This document shows, piece by piece, positions 25,101-40,100 of a stretch of DNA of 64,000 nucleotides (positions are counted from its first letter, which is position 1; each line of letters opens with the position of its first letter). The position numbers were made by a program, and so were the translations under genes. The notes under the pieces are model-generated. The model searched no databases, had not been told where the DNA came from, and saw only the letters and a list, made by a program, of their open reading frames with translations. Where the stretch lies: positions 864,066 to 928,065 of the forward strand of contig JAQGDQ010000011.1 of the NCBI GenBank assembly GCA_030141605.1. The letters run 5' to 3'. The stretch is from Tubiluchus corallicola (taxonomy: Eukaryota; Animalia; Priapulida).

Positions 25101-28100
25101 TAAAACAGAAAATGTGCCATATCTAGTGTTCGGGAGAGAGTCACTGCGAATGTCGTCGATTTTAATTATTAATTTACCCTGCTATTAGGGCATTCTGGAT
25201 TTGATATGCAGTTTAGCAAGTAATAAAAATATCAAAGACAATGGAATTTGATTGTTAAATAGCCAACATTTTGCAGATGATGTAACTCTCTGGCTTCTTT
25301 TTTGTGATTTTTTTAGCTTTAAGATAAATTTGTGATTAATTTATTTGAGTAGCACTTGCTGGCCACCATAATGATGATTACATGAGATGACCTGGTTTTC
25401 TGTCTGCTGCTAGCATGATTAAATTATGTCTGTAATCTTTATTACGTTGTGAAAGGTGTACTCAGGTGTGGTGGAATTGAGACTGACAAAATATTGAGCT
25501 TGTTGCTGCAGGTTAGGTAATCATTTCATGGTACTAATTATAATTATGTCATGAGTGCATTTTGCAGAAGTATTAGTCTTAACTTTAGCCGTAATGTAAG
25601 TGTACGTGAGTGTAATGTTCTTAATTGTACTTGTTCATTTAATAATATTTATATTGGAATAATTCACAATAAGCAGCCTATGTGTACAGGGCAAGAATTG
25701 TAATTCTTGCACAGCTGTATTATCACTGTCTCTGCTGTTGCTATTTCGTACTTGTTTGTAATGTTATATCGCTACATTCTTTGGCAGAACCAAATTTGCA
25801 TTTTAGGTAGTTAGCAGGCACCTTATCAGGCATCTGCACTGCGAGCTGGAACCAGGGTTGCCATTTTGTATGATGCCCAAAATCCAAAATTATTGCATAT
25901 TTGCAGCAAATTATTATTGCTAATTGTATAATTATACATTTAATAAGTAACTATAACACCAAAAACTCCCATTAATAAGTGTAAAATTAAATTTGTCAAA
26001 ACACAGTAAAATGCGGTTCAATTTCTGCATGTGCAGAATTAAACCTTATCATCATTATCATGAGCATCCTTTTTTTTGGAATTACCGTATTTTTACAAGA
26101 AAATGTGACTATTACTGCAACCAGTATGCTTCAAGCGACAGTAAAATTAAAGATTATTTACTTCCCAGTGCTTAGCAGTAACGTTTTAAATGTTTTCAGT
26201 GCACAGTTTTTTCAAGCTTTTGTTGTTACTAAATTATCATGTGGAATCCAGTGTTCATCGACATGGCACACTTGGTTTTAGCGAGATCCAAACATGGCTC
26301 ATTATCAAAGCTATGCCTCTGAGATGAGGAATTGGTCCCTGAGAAGTGTGTTAGCCATGTTAAGATGTGTGTGCTTTTCCTTTAATGAGGTGCACACAGC
26401 AGGCATTGCTGCATCTTTCTCGTCTTCAGTCACCTGGCACATTCCACCTCCACTTGACTGTTTCTGCCAACCCATCGTGTAAAGGTTAAAGTAAATTGTT
26501 TTTGTTTGCATTGAATAAGCATTTCTAAAGCTCATCTTAATTTCTGTTTGTTTGTAGGAAGCGCTAAAACGTGAAGTTGAGGAAGAGGCTGGATATAAAT
26601 GCCAAATGGAAACTCTGCTTCTTGTCGAGGTTGATCGTGGTTGCCTCTGGTTTAGATTTACTTGCCTTGCTAAAGTTACTGGTATGTGCATCTTATCTTT
26701 GCAACAATATCTGCTAAGGGCTATACAATCTTTTAAATATCTTGTACCTTTCTAATTCATTTTCCTTTGCTCATACTGAAATGTACCTCGCCCATTATTC
26801 ATGCACCTCTGAACACGGTGACGGAATGGTGATAAATCGACTTTTCTTCACTAGTTCTTAACTGAATTTTGAAATGCTTACCTGTTGAACATTGAATCAA
26901 ACTGAAGTAGTTTTTTGTTTTAGTTTTGCCACTGTATATGTATATTTACATTATACATGTATGTTGTTGTTAATTGATTTGGCCATTGCTAGGTAATGTG
27001 ATGATTACATTTTTGCATCAATGTGCAACTGTTTTATTGTCTGACAATGTATTAAATAGAATGTTTTCCCTGCCGAATGTAGAAATCTACTAGGGTGATT
27101 CTAAAGTTATTTGACCAAATTTTAGTTTTGTCTGTCATCTCTACCTGTTAAAGGAGACCTGGATTATTTTTTGTATTTAAAGTATAGTAAAAAGTTCACA
27201 TTTTAACACCTAAAACAATGCAAAGCATTTCTGATAAATAGATAATAGGTTAAAAACTAATTAATAGCAGGCGAGTACAGTTGATGATGAGATCACAACT
27301 AAATGTAATTTTCAACTGCTCAAACATTCCACGAGCATGAGTGAAAATTGAGGTACACTACTACTGTATAATATTCAGTGTGACATCCATAAACTTGGCA
27401 TATTTTAAGTTTACCACTGTGCTCACGCATGAGCTCTCAAACATGTGTATTGCATCATAACTGAACACTTCTGAACTGAGAAGTACAGCACCTGTTTTTT
27501 GTGCAATGCATTTCATAGATGCAAGTACTAGTGACGTGTCCATCTAACTAGTGGATGGCAAAATGCATGTAACAGCAAACAACTAGCCACGCAAACGCAA
27601 AATTATGTTTCTGTGGTAAGAGTACTTTAACGTACGTTATTCTTGAAAAAATAGTATGCTTCATTTCAGTATTTTATAACATAGACTGTTTTGAGCTATA
27701 GTTTAAGACTGGGTCCAGTTTTCCTTTACGCCTGCTGGAATTATGCCTGGATGTGTTTTTACAATATTTTTAGCTTAAAGTGCCTAAGCTTCCTAGTTAA
27801 TCAACCTGCTTACTGGTTACTGGAGCAGTGATCACATGAGCTTATCACTCTGTGTACATTGTCATCTATTGCCATTTTTAAACAGTTTGGCATATCAGTA
27901 TTTGGTATCTAGTATTCAATGACAAGTCCTACTTATTGCATTGATGGTTGTGGCAGGACCAGAACACCATTAATTTTTTTGAGGGTAATCTTCTGAGATG
28001 AGGTAGTGACTTGCAATGTGCGTGCATCCTCCTTCGACAATATAAATGTCCAGAGATAGCAAGGCATGACGTGCAATATTTAGTTGTGTTTTATGTAAGT

Positions 28101-31100
28101 AATTATTTTGTTTTTTATCTAGGAGGTAATCTGAAAGGCACGCCTGACTCTGAATCACTCCAAGCCAAATGGTGCTCAATGAATGAACTTTCGCAGCTAA
28201 GTATACGGTATGTGATCTGATAAAGTATAGCTTATTTCATGCAAATCTGTCGCGTTTACATGTGCTTAATGTAGATAATGTAAATGCGGCCGTAGCTCAG
28301 CTGATCTTAATGTTTGATCGACTTTGGCTGACTGATTCTGTCCCTGAAAATAGGAGGGAATTACAGACACATTTGTTATTAAATGCAATTTATTTTAACG
28401 AGTTTTTTCAGTTTCCATTAACTAATCAATATTTCATATCACCTAAAATACTTTGCCAGGGCCTCATATCGAACTGTAACTGTAGGTCTTGCAATAGTCG
28501 CAGGTACTGCACATCATACTTATTGCATTAACGTTGTGGAATAGAATATTGTTGCAGTTGTTAATGATTTCTAACTTTCTCCTTGCTAAGTCTGTAAGTC
28601 TTTTTGTCTGAACCATCTAGAGAAGGGAAACTTTTATTTCCAGAGATATGCTAATTTATGTATGTTGATCTTAATTTAACCTGTACTTTAACGTGATGTC
28701 ACATGGCGCATTTACTACAGCCGTGTTATCACACATCACACTACACAATTGTCGCACGTCACAGTACGCATGCAACCCACACCACATTACATGTACATCA
28801 CTCTACTTGAGTGTATGTCATATATCATAATATAAGAATTTTTTTATGCAATTCTCCACATTGCAAGCAGAATCCAGAATTCAATGGCTTGGTCTATTGG
28901 ATGTCGATGTTTTTGGTGAGACTTGAACCTAGTTCAGTTATGAACCGCTGGACTGGTAGCCTTAGCCTTGTTTGGATGTGAATACATCCGCTCTAAACTC
29001 GATAAACAATCAAAATTAAGATGGTGAATGAAGCTGCCTGGTACAAGTACTGAACTCAGGCATTCACGACACATTTGTTGACCTGCCTCAGTGTTGCTTA
29101 ACTTAGGTAGCGAAACACATGCATGTTACATTCTGGCATTCTCAGCTCAAAGTTTCTGGCAGTCTATAAGATAGGACTATGACCACGTAATTTTGCAGGA
29201 ATTCGCATTAAAATAGTCTGCAGACATTTGAGCTCTAGTAAACTTTACGTGCATTAAGATGGATTTTCAACTAACGACAAACATTACAGTATTCCACTCC
29301 CTCCTACGACATTATTATCATGAATGACGAAAATGCTTCTAATTCACGCGATGCTCTTTCCGGCAAGTTTCAGCTTATCAATAATTCAACGTCGAGGTTG
29401 TTGCAAAATGGACTTGTAAAACAGCCGCAATAGAGAAGTGAATTGAGAATTCTCCCCACGGGGCATATCTGCAGCTTTTGCTTTTTTATCCTACAGGATT
29501 TTTCTATGCATGTCACCTTTCTAAATCAGTCAGCATCACCAGACCTGGCTTCACCACTAGGCAAGCTAGGCAGATGCGTAGGGTGCCAAATTCTGGAAGT
29601 AAGTGTTTAATTTTAGCTTTAGCTTAAGTGATAACATAGTGTATGCGTAATTTCAAAAGTGCACAACACTTTAATTTGATGAAACAAAGTGCTTGTGTTA
29701 TTTTCCTGTCAAAATATATGAGTCACCAGTCTATTCTAATGCAGAGTTCTCTTGCCCTGAGCAAAGCACTTGTTTTTCTTTATCTGGTTTCCTAAAACTA
29801 CGTCATTATATGCAGATTTTACTGACGAGTTACTCTACTCTAGTCTTTAGTTATGCATAGAGCAGCAGAGAAAGTAACCGCTCCTTCATTTAATAAAAAA
29901 TGTTTCTTACAATAGCATTCATCTAATTATGGCAGATAGACCTATAAGAATTGAAGCCTTCAGGAGCAGAATACAGAAAACAAAAGGTAAAAAAGCTGGT
30001 GGACATTAAATAGCAAAAATATTTGCTAATGAAGTATTTGCAACTAAACTAGAGTTACTGTTATGAAGATGATAAAGTGAGTGAAATGGTTGCTTGTGGA
30101 AAAAGGGGTTTGGGTTTCAATGAAAAGGTTGAGTGAAAATTTGGCAAAGAGTGTGAACGTGAAGAGCATGCAGCAGAAATTTTGATTGTTAGTGAAGACC
30201 CATGACATACAGTGGGGTCGTAAATTCAATTTCAACTGAAATCAACACAAGCTGTATATAGGTAATTAAGTACAGTTAATTAGAGCACTGTAGTACATGT
30301 ATAAACCTAACACTCATTATACCATTATACTTCATTTTATACAACAAAAATTTAATTTTGTAGGTAGGGTGCATGGGGACTATGGGGAAGGTGTTAACAG
30401 ATGATAAGAAGGTGCTTAAAATGCTTCAAACTACCTAGAGTGGGCCCTGAGCACATCACTTTTTGCATTGCGAAATTGTCTATACTAGATATTGATTAAA
30501 AAAACCCAGCATTACGCCAGTAGAGTTAAAGACTATCCAAGTTGTCGATTTTTGTGAGCAAATTGATCCTGATGCCATTTGGTTTAGACTTCAGTCAGTG
30601 ATTAACACCATCCTCTCTATGCTCTGGGAGTAACAGTGTCAATTTACTAATGGTGTAATTGATTTTGTGTAGCGGATTGGGCAATAAGGTGAAGCCATTG
30701 TAAAGCAGTGTGGCTAATTTGTATATAATTAAATTGCTGAATCGAGGTCCAGTCAATATTATCATCAGGTCTCTTGTGGTTAATGTTTGTGATGAAGCCT
30801 TTGCATGTAATAAATCGAATGTGTGCACCATGTTACTTGTTGAAGCATTTGCATGTAATATGCCAAACGTGTACACCATCTATGTTACTTGTTGAAGCAT
30901 TTGCATATAATAAACCAAACATATACAACATCTATGTTACTAGTCGCAGCATTTGCATATAATAAAACAAACGTATACCATATGTTACTTGACTAAGCGT
31001 TTGCGTGTAATAAATCAAGTGCATGCACCATGTTACATGAAAAAGTGTTTGCGTGTAATAAACCGAACGTATGCACTATGTTACATGATGAAGCATGATG

Positions 31101-34100
31101 AAACATTTGCTGTGTAATAAACCGAATGTATCCATGTTGTTACGTGACTAAGCATTTGCATATAATAAACCAAATGTATTCATCATATTACTTGACTAAG
31201 CATTTGCATTATATAGAATAACTGTGCCAGTCATGACCATGAAGATCCTTGCAAGGCAGCTGGTTTCTTGTGTGCTTTAACTGTTGAAAGTTAAAAAGTG
31301 ATTAAATGTTCAGCATCTGACCATTTATAGCATGCACCCTTGCTTATTTTTTCTCATGTTTGCACAATGCACTATATGTTACTCTAAGCTTTTATAGTAA
31401 TGTATGATTGCTATAACTATAACTTGTGGTAATGTATAGTTACTATAAAGTCCTTTACTTAATGAAAAAATTCAGTTGTTTGACAGATTAACACCAATAT
31501 CCAGTGATCCATAGCCCATTTCTTAAATCTGCCCTCAACTTCTTGAGATGTTTTGTAATAATTCGTCAATAATAATAGTCATTTTTGACTATTTCCTTAT
31601 CAGATGGCATTAGTATTTCACCAGCTCTTCCAAGTTTGCATCCTTAACCTACCAGATTAATTTCGTTCTCAACTTTTCCAGATATATTTGAACAGAATTA
31701 TCCATATTTGGCAAATAAATTCTGGTAAATTTCTTTGTTTTAGATTGCTTTGCTAATGAACAGCTTTACTCGAAACTGGTCGGCAATAAATTCCACTTTG
31801 ATAAAGTGATATATGAACACGTAACTTTTTTACCCATTCTTCGAATTGATCTTGTAATAATTTGCTTTCTGTTTTCGCCCACAGCATACTTCTTTCTCTT
31901 CATTTGTCTTCAGTTTGCATTTTTCATCTGTTTTACTAGACTTATACAAATTATTTTGTGACAGCTCTTAAAAATTACGGTCACCTCTCTCAGTGAATTC
32001 CAATTGAGGTGAGATCAGAGATCTGCATTAGCCTTAATAACCAACCCAATTTACTTTGCTAGACGGTTGATGAATAACTTGGTTCAGAGTCATTCATCAC
32101 ATATGATTCAAATTAATAAATTCTTTAATTTCAGTATGCATTTTAGGATTTGCAGAATTTACATTGTGATCTCGACCTTTGATCTTGAACCTTTGACCTT
32201 TCTATTTTTGAAAGTACAATACATCCTGGTCTCTCACTTTCCCTTTCATCAACACCTCCAGCTCGTTTGGTTATACTTTGAGTACTCATTTTGAAATATT
32301 TGGACATTAATGCATGTTTTATTCAAACTGCATCACTCATGCACTTTATTCTAGCTCTGTTGATGTGGTACTGTGTATAGACATCACATAATGTACTAAG
32401 TGGCCAGTGGGTTTTAGCTTTTACTTTAAAATTTTTCTCCTAAAGTTGGCCATTTTTCAATTATTTGCTTAGAACAGTTGTTTTTGAGCTAAAGGAATTT
32501 TGGAGAAGTTGTTTTGTGACATTCACTTTGAACGTTTTTATCTCAGAAAGTGCGTGTCATGGGTAGTGGTTCGCTGCCAACTAGGGACTGTTAAACAGTC
32601 AAAATCGATAGAATCTGTCACCCATCCTTTTCTTTTTCATTTAGGAAAAATATTCATTGGCTTGATTAACAGTGAATTCAACTATGGAGTCTTCTTAAAA
32701 TTTATTATGTTGAGCAGTGAACCCTCCGCAAAGCATCATGTCTGTCGCGTGACAATTATTGTCAATTGGCGCATTTTTTTGCTTTTGGGTAACAAGCCTG
32801 TGAAGTTGTTTGTTCAGTTGGCTTTAACTTTTATTAACTCAATACTGACAAATTACTCGTGGGGAAAATTACTGTCGTGCTCTTCATTAGTGCTGCTGGT
32901 GATGGCTAAAGTGGCTCCTGTAATAACAGAGCTATATTAGAAGGTTTCAATAATGACTACTACTGCCTGTAACAATGCTGTAATATGTTGGAGTGCTTTT
33001 ACAAGTGTATTTTATATAACCCCCACACGTATTTATAATGTGGACTTAATGATTTTCAGAAGACTGTATGAAACACTAGAACCAGAGGTATCCGTTGTCA
33101 GAATTTTTTCAAGCATATTGAAAAATGATCCTAGATATAGCCCATATATATATATGTCAATGGGTGTTTTTATACATAAATGTTTAAATCATCGAAACTC
33201 TAATAGAGAATAAAAAACTCAGGATATATACTTGCTTTGTAAATAAAACATCGTTTAGCCAGTCACTGGTGAGATTGTTCTCCTAATCAGCAAATAATCG
33301 ATACTCCAATAAGTCAGATTTAATGTATGTGGGCTATTGAAATGCATACTAGTATTACAATACTCAATGGAATTTCAATACTAAGAGTCTGCTAGGTTTA
33401 CAATAATCAGTGGAATTTAAATACTAAGAGTCTGCTAGGATTACAATAATCAATGGAATTCCAATACAAAGAGTCTGTTAGGATTACAATAATCAGTGGC
33501 ATTCAAGTACTAAGAGTCTGCTACGGTTACAATGATCAGTGGTATTCGAATACCAAGAGTCTGCTAGAATTACAATAATCAGTGGTATTCCAATACTAAG
33601 AGTCTGCTATGTTTACAATAATCAGTGGCATTCAAGTACTAAGAGTCTGCTAGCATTACAATAATCAGTGGTTATTCCAATACTAAGAGTCTGCTAGCAT
33701 TACAATAATCAGTGGTATTCAAATACTAAGAGTCTGCTAGCATTACAATAATCATTGATATTCAAATACTAACACCGGGTTCAGACTAGCGAGTTTTCTG
33801 TCGCGAGCTTTATCTCTAATAGAAAACTTGCAAGTGTAAACTGCTTTGTGTGTTACTGTTGGCATGTTATTGCAAACTTTCTGACAGTTCTTGTGAGTTG
33901 ACTTCTTGCGAGTTACCGTTTAGTGTGAACATCTCGACAAGTTACTCTCGACACTTCGTGCACTTAATAGAGAAGGGAGTGTCAGCTCGCGCTTCCAATC
34001 AGGATTTAACTCGTAGCGAGTTTTGCTTTCTTGTCTGAACACGGTTGCGACTTACTTAACAAGAAAACTTGCTAGTCTGAACACGCCTTAAGAGTCAGTG

Positions 34101-37100
34101 GAATAAACGGATCTGATTTTCAGATAAATAGTCATGATTTCACACTGACATGATCTGTAGCCGAAAATGTTGGGAAAGCTAAAAAATGCTTTGAGTAAGT
34201 GAGATGTTGGTAAATCTGATTTGTGTAAAGGGAAAATTGCTGCTTTTGCCCTGTTCTTAGCTATTCTTCCTTTATATAGCATTCATATGAATCAACTGAG
34301 TAATTAGACTGATTGTGGCATAGGCATTGTGTTGTAATTGATCAGTCTGGTGCTCACATAATATCAGATTCTGAATTGATTCTCCTTTAGAGTCATGGTT
34401 TAGAGGGCACTTAAAGAAGAAGCCTTTGTGAACATTGTCTTAAAGCGCTGCAAGCTACGATCAACTGCAAGATCAGGACTCATCCAGACAAAAAACTGCC
34501 TGCAAACGTTAAGGATAATGAATAGTATTTGCATCGTCAAAAGTATATATATATATGTATACAAAATTGCAAAATTATATATATATTAATATACAAGTGC
34601 ACACTGACATTACATACAAAATACCTAAAAAAGAAATATAAGCACAAGATGGTAAATAACACATTACGAAACATAGAAACAACATCAAACCCTGACGTAT
34701 GCCATAATCACAACTACATGCACATACAACACTCTAAAATTGATAACAAAATTAACAATCAAATTGTATAAATATTAAATTTTATAGATTCTTCCTTTTA
34801 TAGAAAACATTTACGTATTAAATTTCAAATGATTATTAATATTTATTGGTCGTTGCTTCCTGCCAAAAACAATTATTTATTGACATTGCTCACACATGTA
34901 AAGTCAGGACATATGCTTGAAATATCAGTGAAAGCCTCTCACTATCCATTTTGTATTTTTCAGAATTCATTAAGAAATGTTGCTAGTCTTCAATGACTGA
35001 TTCTTTGCAATATATACATAAGCGCTGGTTGTGGTTAATAGGAAGCCTTTTGGCTTATAAAGTCTTCCTGTTTTATGGTATTTATTTAGGCACAAGAGTA
35101 TATGTCACAAAAGTACATACAAAAAAGTAAAATAGCACACAAGAAGAGTAGAATGGCACATGTAGGGTGTCATTAGCATGCCAAGGCCAACATCAGACTG
35201 GACACTGAAGCTATAAATCAATTTAACACAAAAATAGGACGTGTACGAGAAGTAGAAAGAGTTAATCAAAAGTATCTTTTGGTCTGCAACACTCACTTAA
35301 AGCTCAAGAAAACGCTCTTCATAAATGTAGCTTAAAAATTGTCTTGAAATTTTATATCACTTACATGCTGTCTTATTGCATGCAGAACTTGTATTAGCAG
35401 TAACACTGTATAAAACTTGCAAATTTAAACTCCAGTGATGACCAGTAGATGCAGCCATTTTAATAGTAAGTCATTTGAAACAAGTTTAGTTAACACGGTG
35501 TAAAATTTGAAAAAATAATCAGGGCATTCGTATCATACTCTTCACTAACTAAGCAAAAGTTTTTTAATTTGTTTTATATTGTCAGTAAGATTAACAATGT
35601 GAATTTTGATGAATCAGTGGTGCACACTGGGATGGCGACACAGTGCCATTTTGTCATGTGGCTCAAATATTTTAAATTATTAATAATTTTTGTTTCAGTT
35701 ACGTACGTTTTTCTAATAGATAAGCATAATCCTACGTAAACCTTTGCAGGAAAAATTTTTGGGATAGGCTTATACTTTAAAAATTGCCTTTTCTTCCCCT
35801 TTAAATATGCCTTTTGCTGTTATTTTCATGGGAGTTTGAAGACCTTTCTAATATTGGGAGGAAAACAGACTGGGAAAGCAGTAAGCAATTGTTGTCATCT
35901 TCTTCCAGATTACAATAACGTAGAAGCTTTTCATAGATCATGATTTGCTGGAAATTTGCAGGTGCGCTATTTGCAGGTGCGTTCATATGCTAATAATGTA
36001 GCCAGTTTTGTTTGCACACCAAACGCTGTGAAATTGCTCATATCTTCGTTTTCCTCGGGAATTATGTGATATTACTGAGTGAATAGTTGTTGCAGGCTTG
36101 TTGTCACCTGTCGTGAAGCTCACGATTTCTTTATCGTATTTTTATTATTTATTAGTTCTTAATTATGATCATTAGTCATATTATTACATTCTCTTGTTAA
36201 AACATTAAAAATCCCACACAAGAAATTGCAGCTATAAAATAAGTCTATTTCTTTATATACAGTCTAAACTTTCATCCTTGAACGCATAACATTTATCTTC
36301 ATTGAATTGCTGGCTTCCTTGCTTCATGGAAAAAACTTACCTGGGCTGTTGGCTTTCAGAGATCACTGAGTAAGCATGTGACTTAAACTGAGAGAGCAAT
36401 GCATAGTGTTATTAATGATTTATATAAATAAAGCTCACCTGTATTTTACTTGAATTCTACCTATATTCTAGTGTCTTAGCAATTACCTTCAGAACTTCTT
36501 CATATGGTGCCGAAATTCTTCATTTTATACAAGTTTATGGAACCAAGGAAATTTTTTGTGGGATTTTTAATGTTTTAACAAGAGAATGTAATAATATGAC
36601 TAATGATCATAATTAAGAACTGATAAATAATAAAAATAAGATAAAGAAATCGTGAGCTTCACGACATCACTTTAGTTACCGTGCTGTGCTGTAATAATAT
36701 ATTGAAAACTTAACTATCATTTTATGCAGAGTCTAATGAACATTTGCCTTTAGAAAAATTCACTTTGTAAGGCGTATTAGTAATGTAAAATGTGTGTGAG
36801 TGCGTGTGCGCGTGTCTGTCTATCCGCACAATAAAATCAAAACCAATCAGGTTATATTGACCAAAATTGCTACAAGAGCAGGAAACCCGTAGATCTAGCG
36901 ATCAAAACTCAAATTTACAATATAAAAAAAGATCAAAACAAATTTTCATCCATGGTGACTTCATGACAGGGCGTCATTGTTAGTCTGCACCTCTGTTTAG
37001 TGGGAAATTAATGCCCTCATTCTAGCTTGTTTTTGTTTTTTGCAAAATCGTGTCATCGTTGCATACATTATTGGCGATGACGTAATGGTTTCATCAAACC

Positions 37101-40100
37101 AGTTACAGTAATGGTGATGTATAAGATAATTAAGCTTTCCATAATCTGTTTTGATTGCCTTGTTGCGTGATTATAACAGATGATGCAGATCTGCATGTGC
37201 GTGGGTTGCAAGGCTCGTGTTCGGTTAATACTAAATGGGGCTTTTCTGAATGGAAAGCAGCTAGATTAGTCATATTACACTATATTCACAGCGGGCAAAG
37301 AAGAAATTTCTATAAGATCCAGGCAAACGTCATATTTCTGTTTTTTAGATTTTGGAAGAGATTTAAAACCTTAATCATCCTTAAAGTCACCTGACAGACT
37401 AGTTCACGAGCGAATCCTCTGTGATGCTGTGCTATTAATACACCAAGAAAATAATTAATTAACATGTTATTAGGTTTGAAGTTACTCCAGTAATTACAGC
37501 GTTTTAATTAGAGCACAAAAATTGGCTAAATTGCACGATAATGATATGCTCATTTTTCTGACTGCATAGGTAAGTAACCCTTTTTATTCGTTATTTATTT
37601 ATTTAATCGACGTGGCTTGTGCCTGTCCTTCAAAGTAAATTTGGAAAGGACAAACAAAGTAAGTGTGGTAAATCACTCAGGTAAGTGAGGTAAGTAAGCT
37701 GACAAGCAATGACTACACCACTAAAGTGATGGTTGAAGAAGAATGAGGGCCTGGGGCAGGCCTAGATGAAACCAACTAGTCCGGAATGCAATGCATTGGG
37801 TTACTCACTTATTGAGTTTTTCTACCCAGCTGTCTGTACATGTCATTTAAAATCCCATTTACCGTTGTCGTGGAATACATTTTTTCATGAATATGTCATT
37901 TAGAACACCATCCTGTTGTCACGGATCCATTTTTCGTAAAAATTTAAAATGCAGAGTAGTTTTACTGTGATGTCGCAATATTAGGAATGATAAAAACTTG
38001 CTTTACGAGGCACGAGAACAAGAATGAGAATCATGACCAAATAGACAGCTTTATAGAGTTACTTGTTAAGCGAGTAACCCAAAAATCTTTTGAACTAAAA
38101 TGCTATAGCAGTTCAAACTGTTGGTAAGACACCGTGTGTAGACAGTTTGCATTACAGTTTAACTTTGATTAGAGCAACAGTCTGTGTGTTGCTTAATTTT
38201 AACTTACTTACTTAATTTTAACACTACAAAATTCTAGCACTGCAAAACAAAACAAAAAATCACATTAATACACACAAACAAACAAAAACAATGTAACATC
38301 CAATCAATGTAATTCTTTCCAGCACGCGCACATTACACTTCACTCCCTGCGACTCTCAGGCCGAGCGAGACAACAGCTATATTTCATATAGTTAATAAAT
38401 TCAACTACTGACACCTAAATTTCATTTTGTAAAGAAAGAAGTTCATTACTAGAAATTTCACCAGGACGGGCAGTAAGGGACTTTTGATGTTTTACGCGCA
38501 TTTTACATCTTGCAAGCTGCTTTCCAGCACTCATCATCAGATTCAACTTAATTTAGGTGGTTGTGGCAAGATCAGAACCTAACCAAACAGGTTCTCAACT
38601 ACGTAAACTTAACTGACTATCTCTCCTTTGCATTGAAGAACTGAAGTGACAACAGTGTCATAGTACATTTGAACTCGTCCACTTTTCTCAACAAAACAGG
38701 TCGGGGTAGTATTGCATATGAAACTGTCTAGTTTCTCTACTTTGCTAGCCAGACCCAGCTGCTCAGGACTGCTTAACTATGCAGACATTTACACGTCGCG
38801 CTGTTTTTTCTCTATGACTTTGACCCTGACTTGCCTTTAACCTTTCGACCTAAGCAGATTTGAGAATTTGTTTTTATAACATTAAATTTCACCTCTTCTT
38901 CACAATGACTTTTTGAGAAACGAAACTTTGATGTAAAAATAGCAGGTTACCTTTAAATGGCTGTCTGCTCTCTCGATCTGGCACACATATTGAACTGATG
39001 ACGCGTGTACTCACACCTAACTCGGTGAACTTGACCTTTATATCGTAAGAAATAAACATTGAAAGAATGGGACAACCATTCAGTCAATATCGCATGCAAA
39101 TGGTTCTGCAGATATGCAAACGGGCACAGGTAACATACTTTCGACGACCTAACATTGTTACTAAGAATAATAACGTTATTTTGAGTTTAAGCCAAGGCTT
39201 TGTACTTTGACGAATGGGACTCAGCTGGCTAGACTGGCTAGTAATTCTTGTCCAGTGTTCTTAAAAAGGCAGCATTCGTACTCATTAAGCAACGCAAATC
39301 TAGAGCTTTAGATTAATTTTAGGATTTACAGGGAAACACTTAGTATTTAAGCTTACACGAATCTAGCTGAGTGCTCGAGGCCCTAATCTTTCAACACTGC
39401 GGTTGTTGGCTTCACAACACGAAATTCTGTAATTCACGTAAATTCACGAAGCTCTTCACAACAACATAATAACCTATAATGGCAGCAGAGCATATCTACC
39501 CATAATTTCGTGTTAGTTATAGTAGTCTGTAAACGATATCATTACTTGTGAATGCTTCATTTAGCCTGCCCTCTGCTTGCTTATTGGCTCTAGTCTTCTT
39601 ATTAAGTATTGACGTAGTAACAGGACGATATAGTAACATTCAGACAGGGAAGGAAATAATTAAAAGAGGAATACAAACCAAGGAGTTCTTCACTTTCGGA
39701 GTTTGCTAAATTTTTTAATGATGTTGAGCTATGACGAATGAATCTTAATTTTTTTAACAAATTGGTGAATTATAGGGTTGAAATGGACTTGTCGTGATCG
39801 GTGAGGTAAAGTAGTCTTGTGATATTGGTGTTTGTCTTATATGCGGAAAGTCCCTGGTTCAAATGTAGGCTTTGTAATAATTTTTTTGCATATTATATCA
39901 AAAATGTAGAAATTGTGAGACTAGCTTATGTTGAATTTAGTATGGCCATAATGAATTTGATCACGTTATTTGATTTTGTCATGCCTGCACTTTGTGGTTA
40001 TTTTAGGAATACGGAATGAGTTCGTCTCTTTCAAATTTGGTTAAAGAACATTGTTTGCATAAATATAGCATTTTAAGAGAATGTTCACTAACTAAAATAT

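Noticed and set aside
35801-36060. Nested minus-strand gene in the NUDT18 intron
   Set aside because: Short broken frames, no recognisable domain and no consistent splice sites; more likely a TE relic.
37913-38655. Solo LTR bounded by ctgttgtcac...gtgacaacag
   Set aside because: Only a 10-bp inverted repeat with no target-site duplication; insufficient support.
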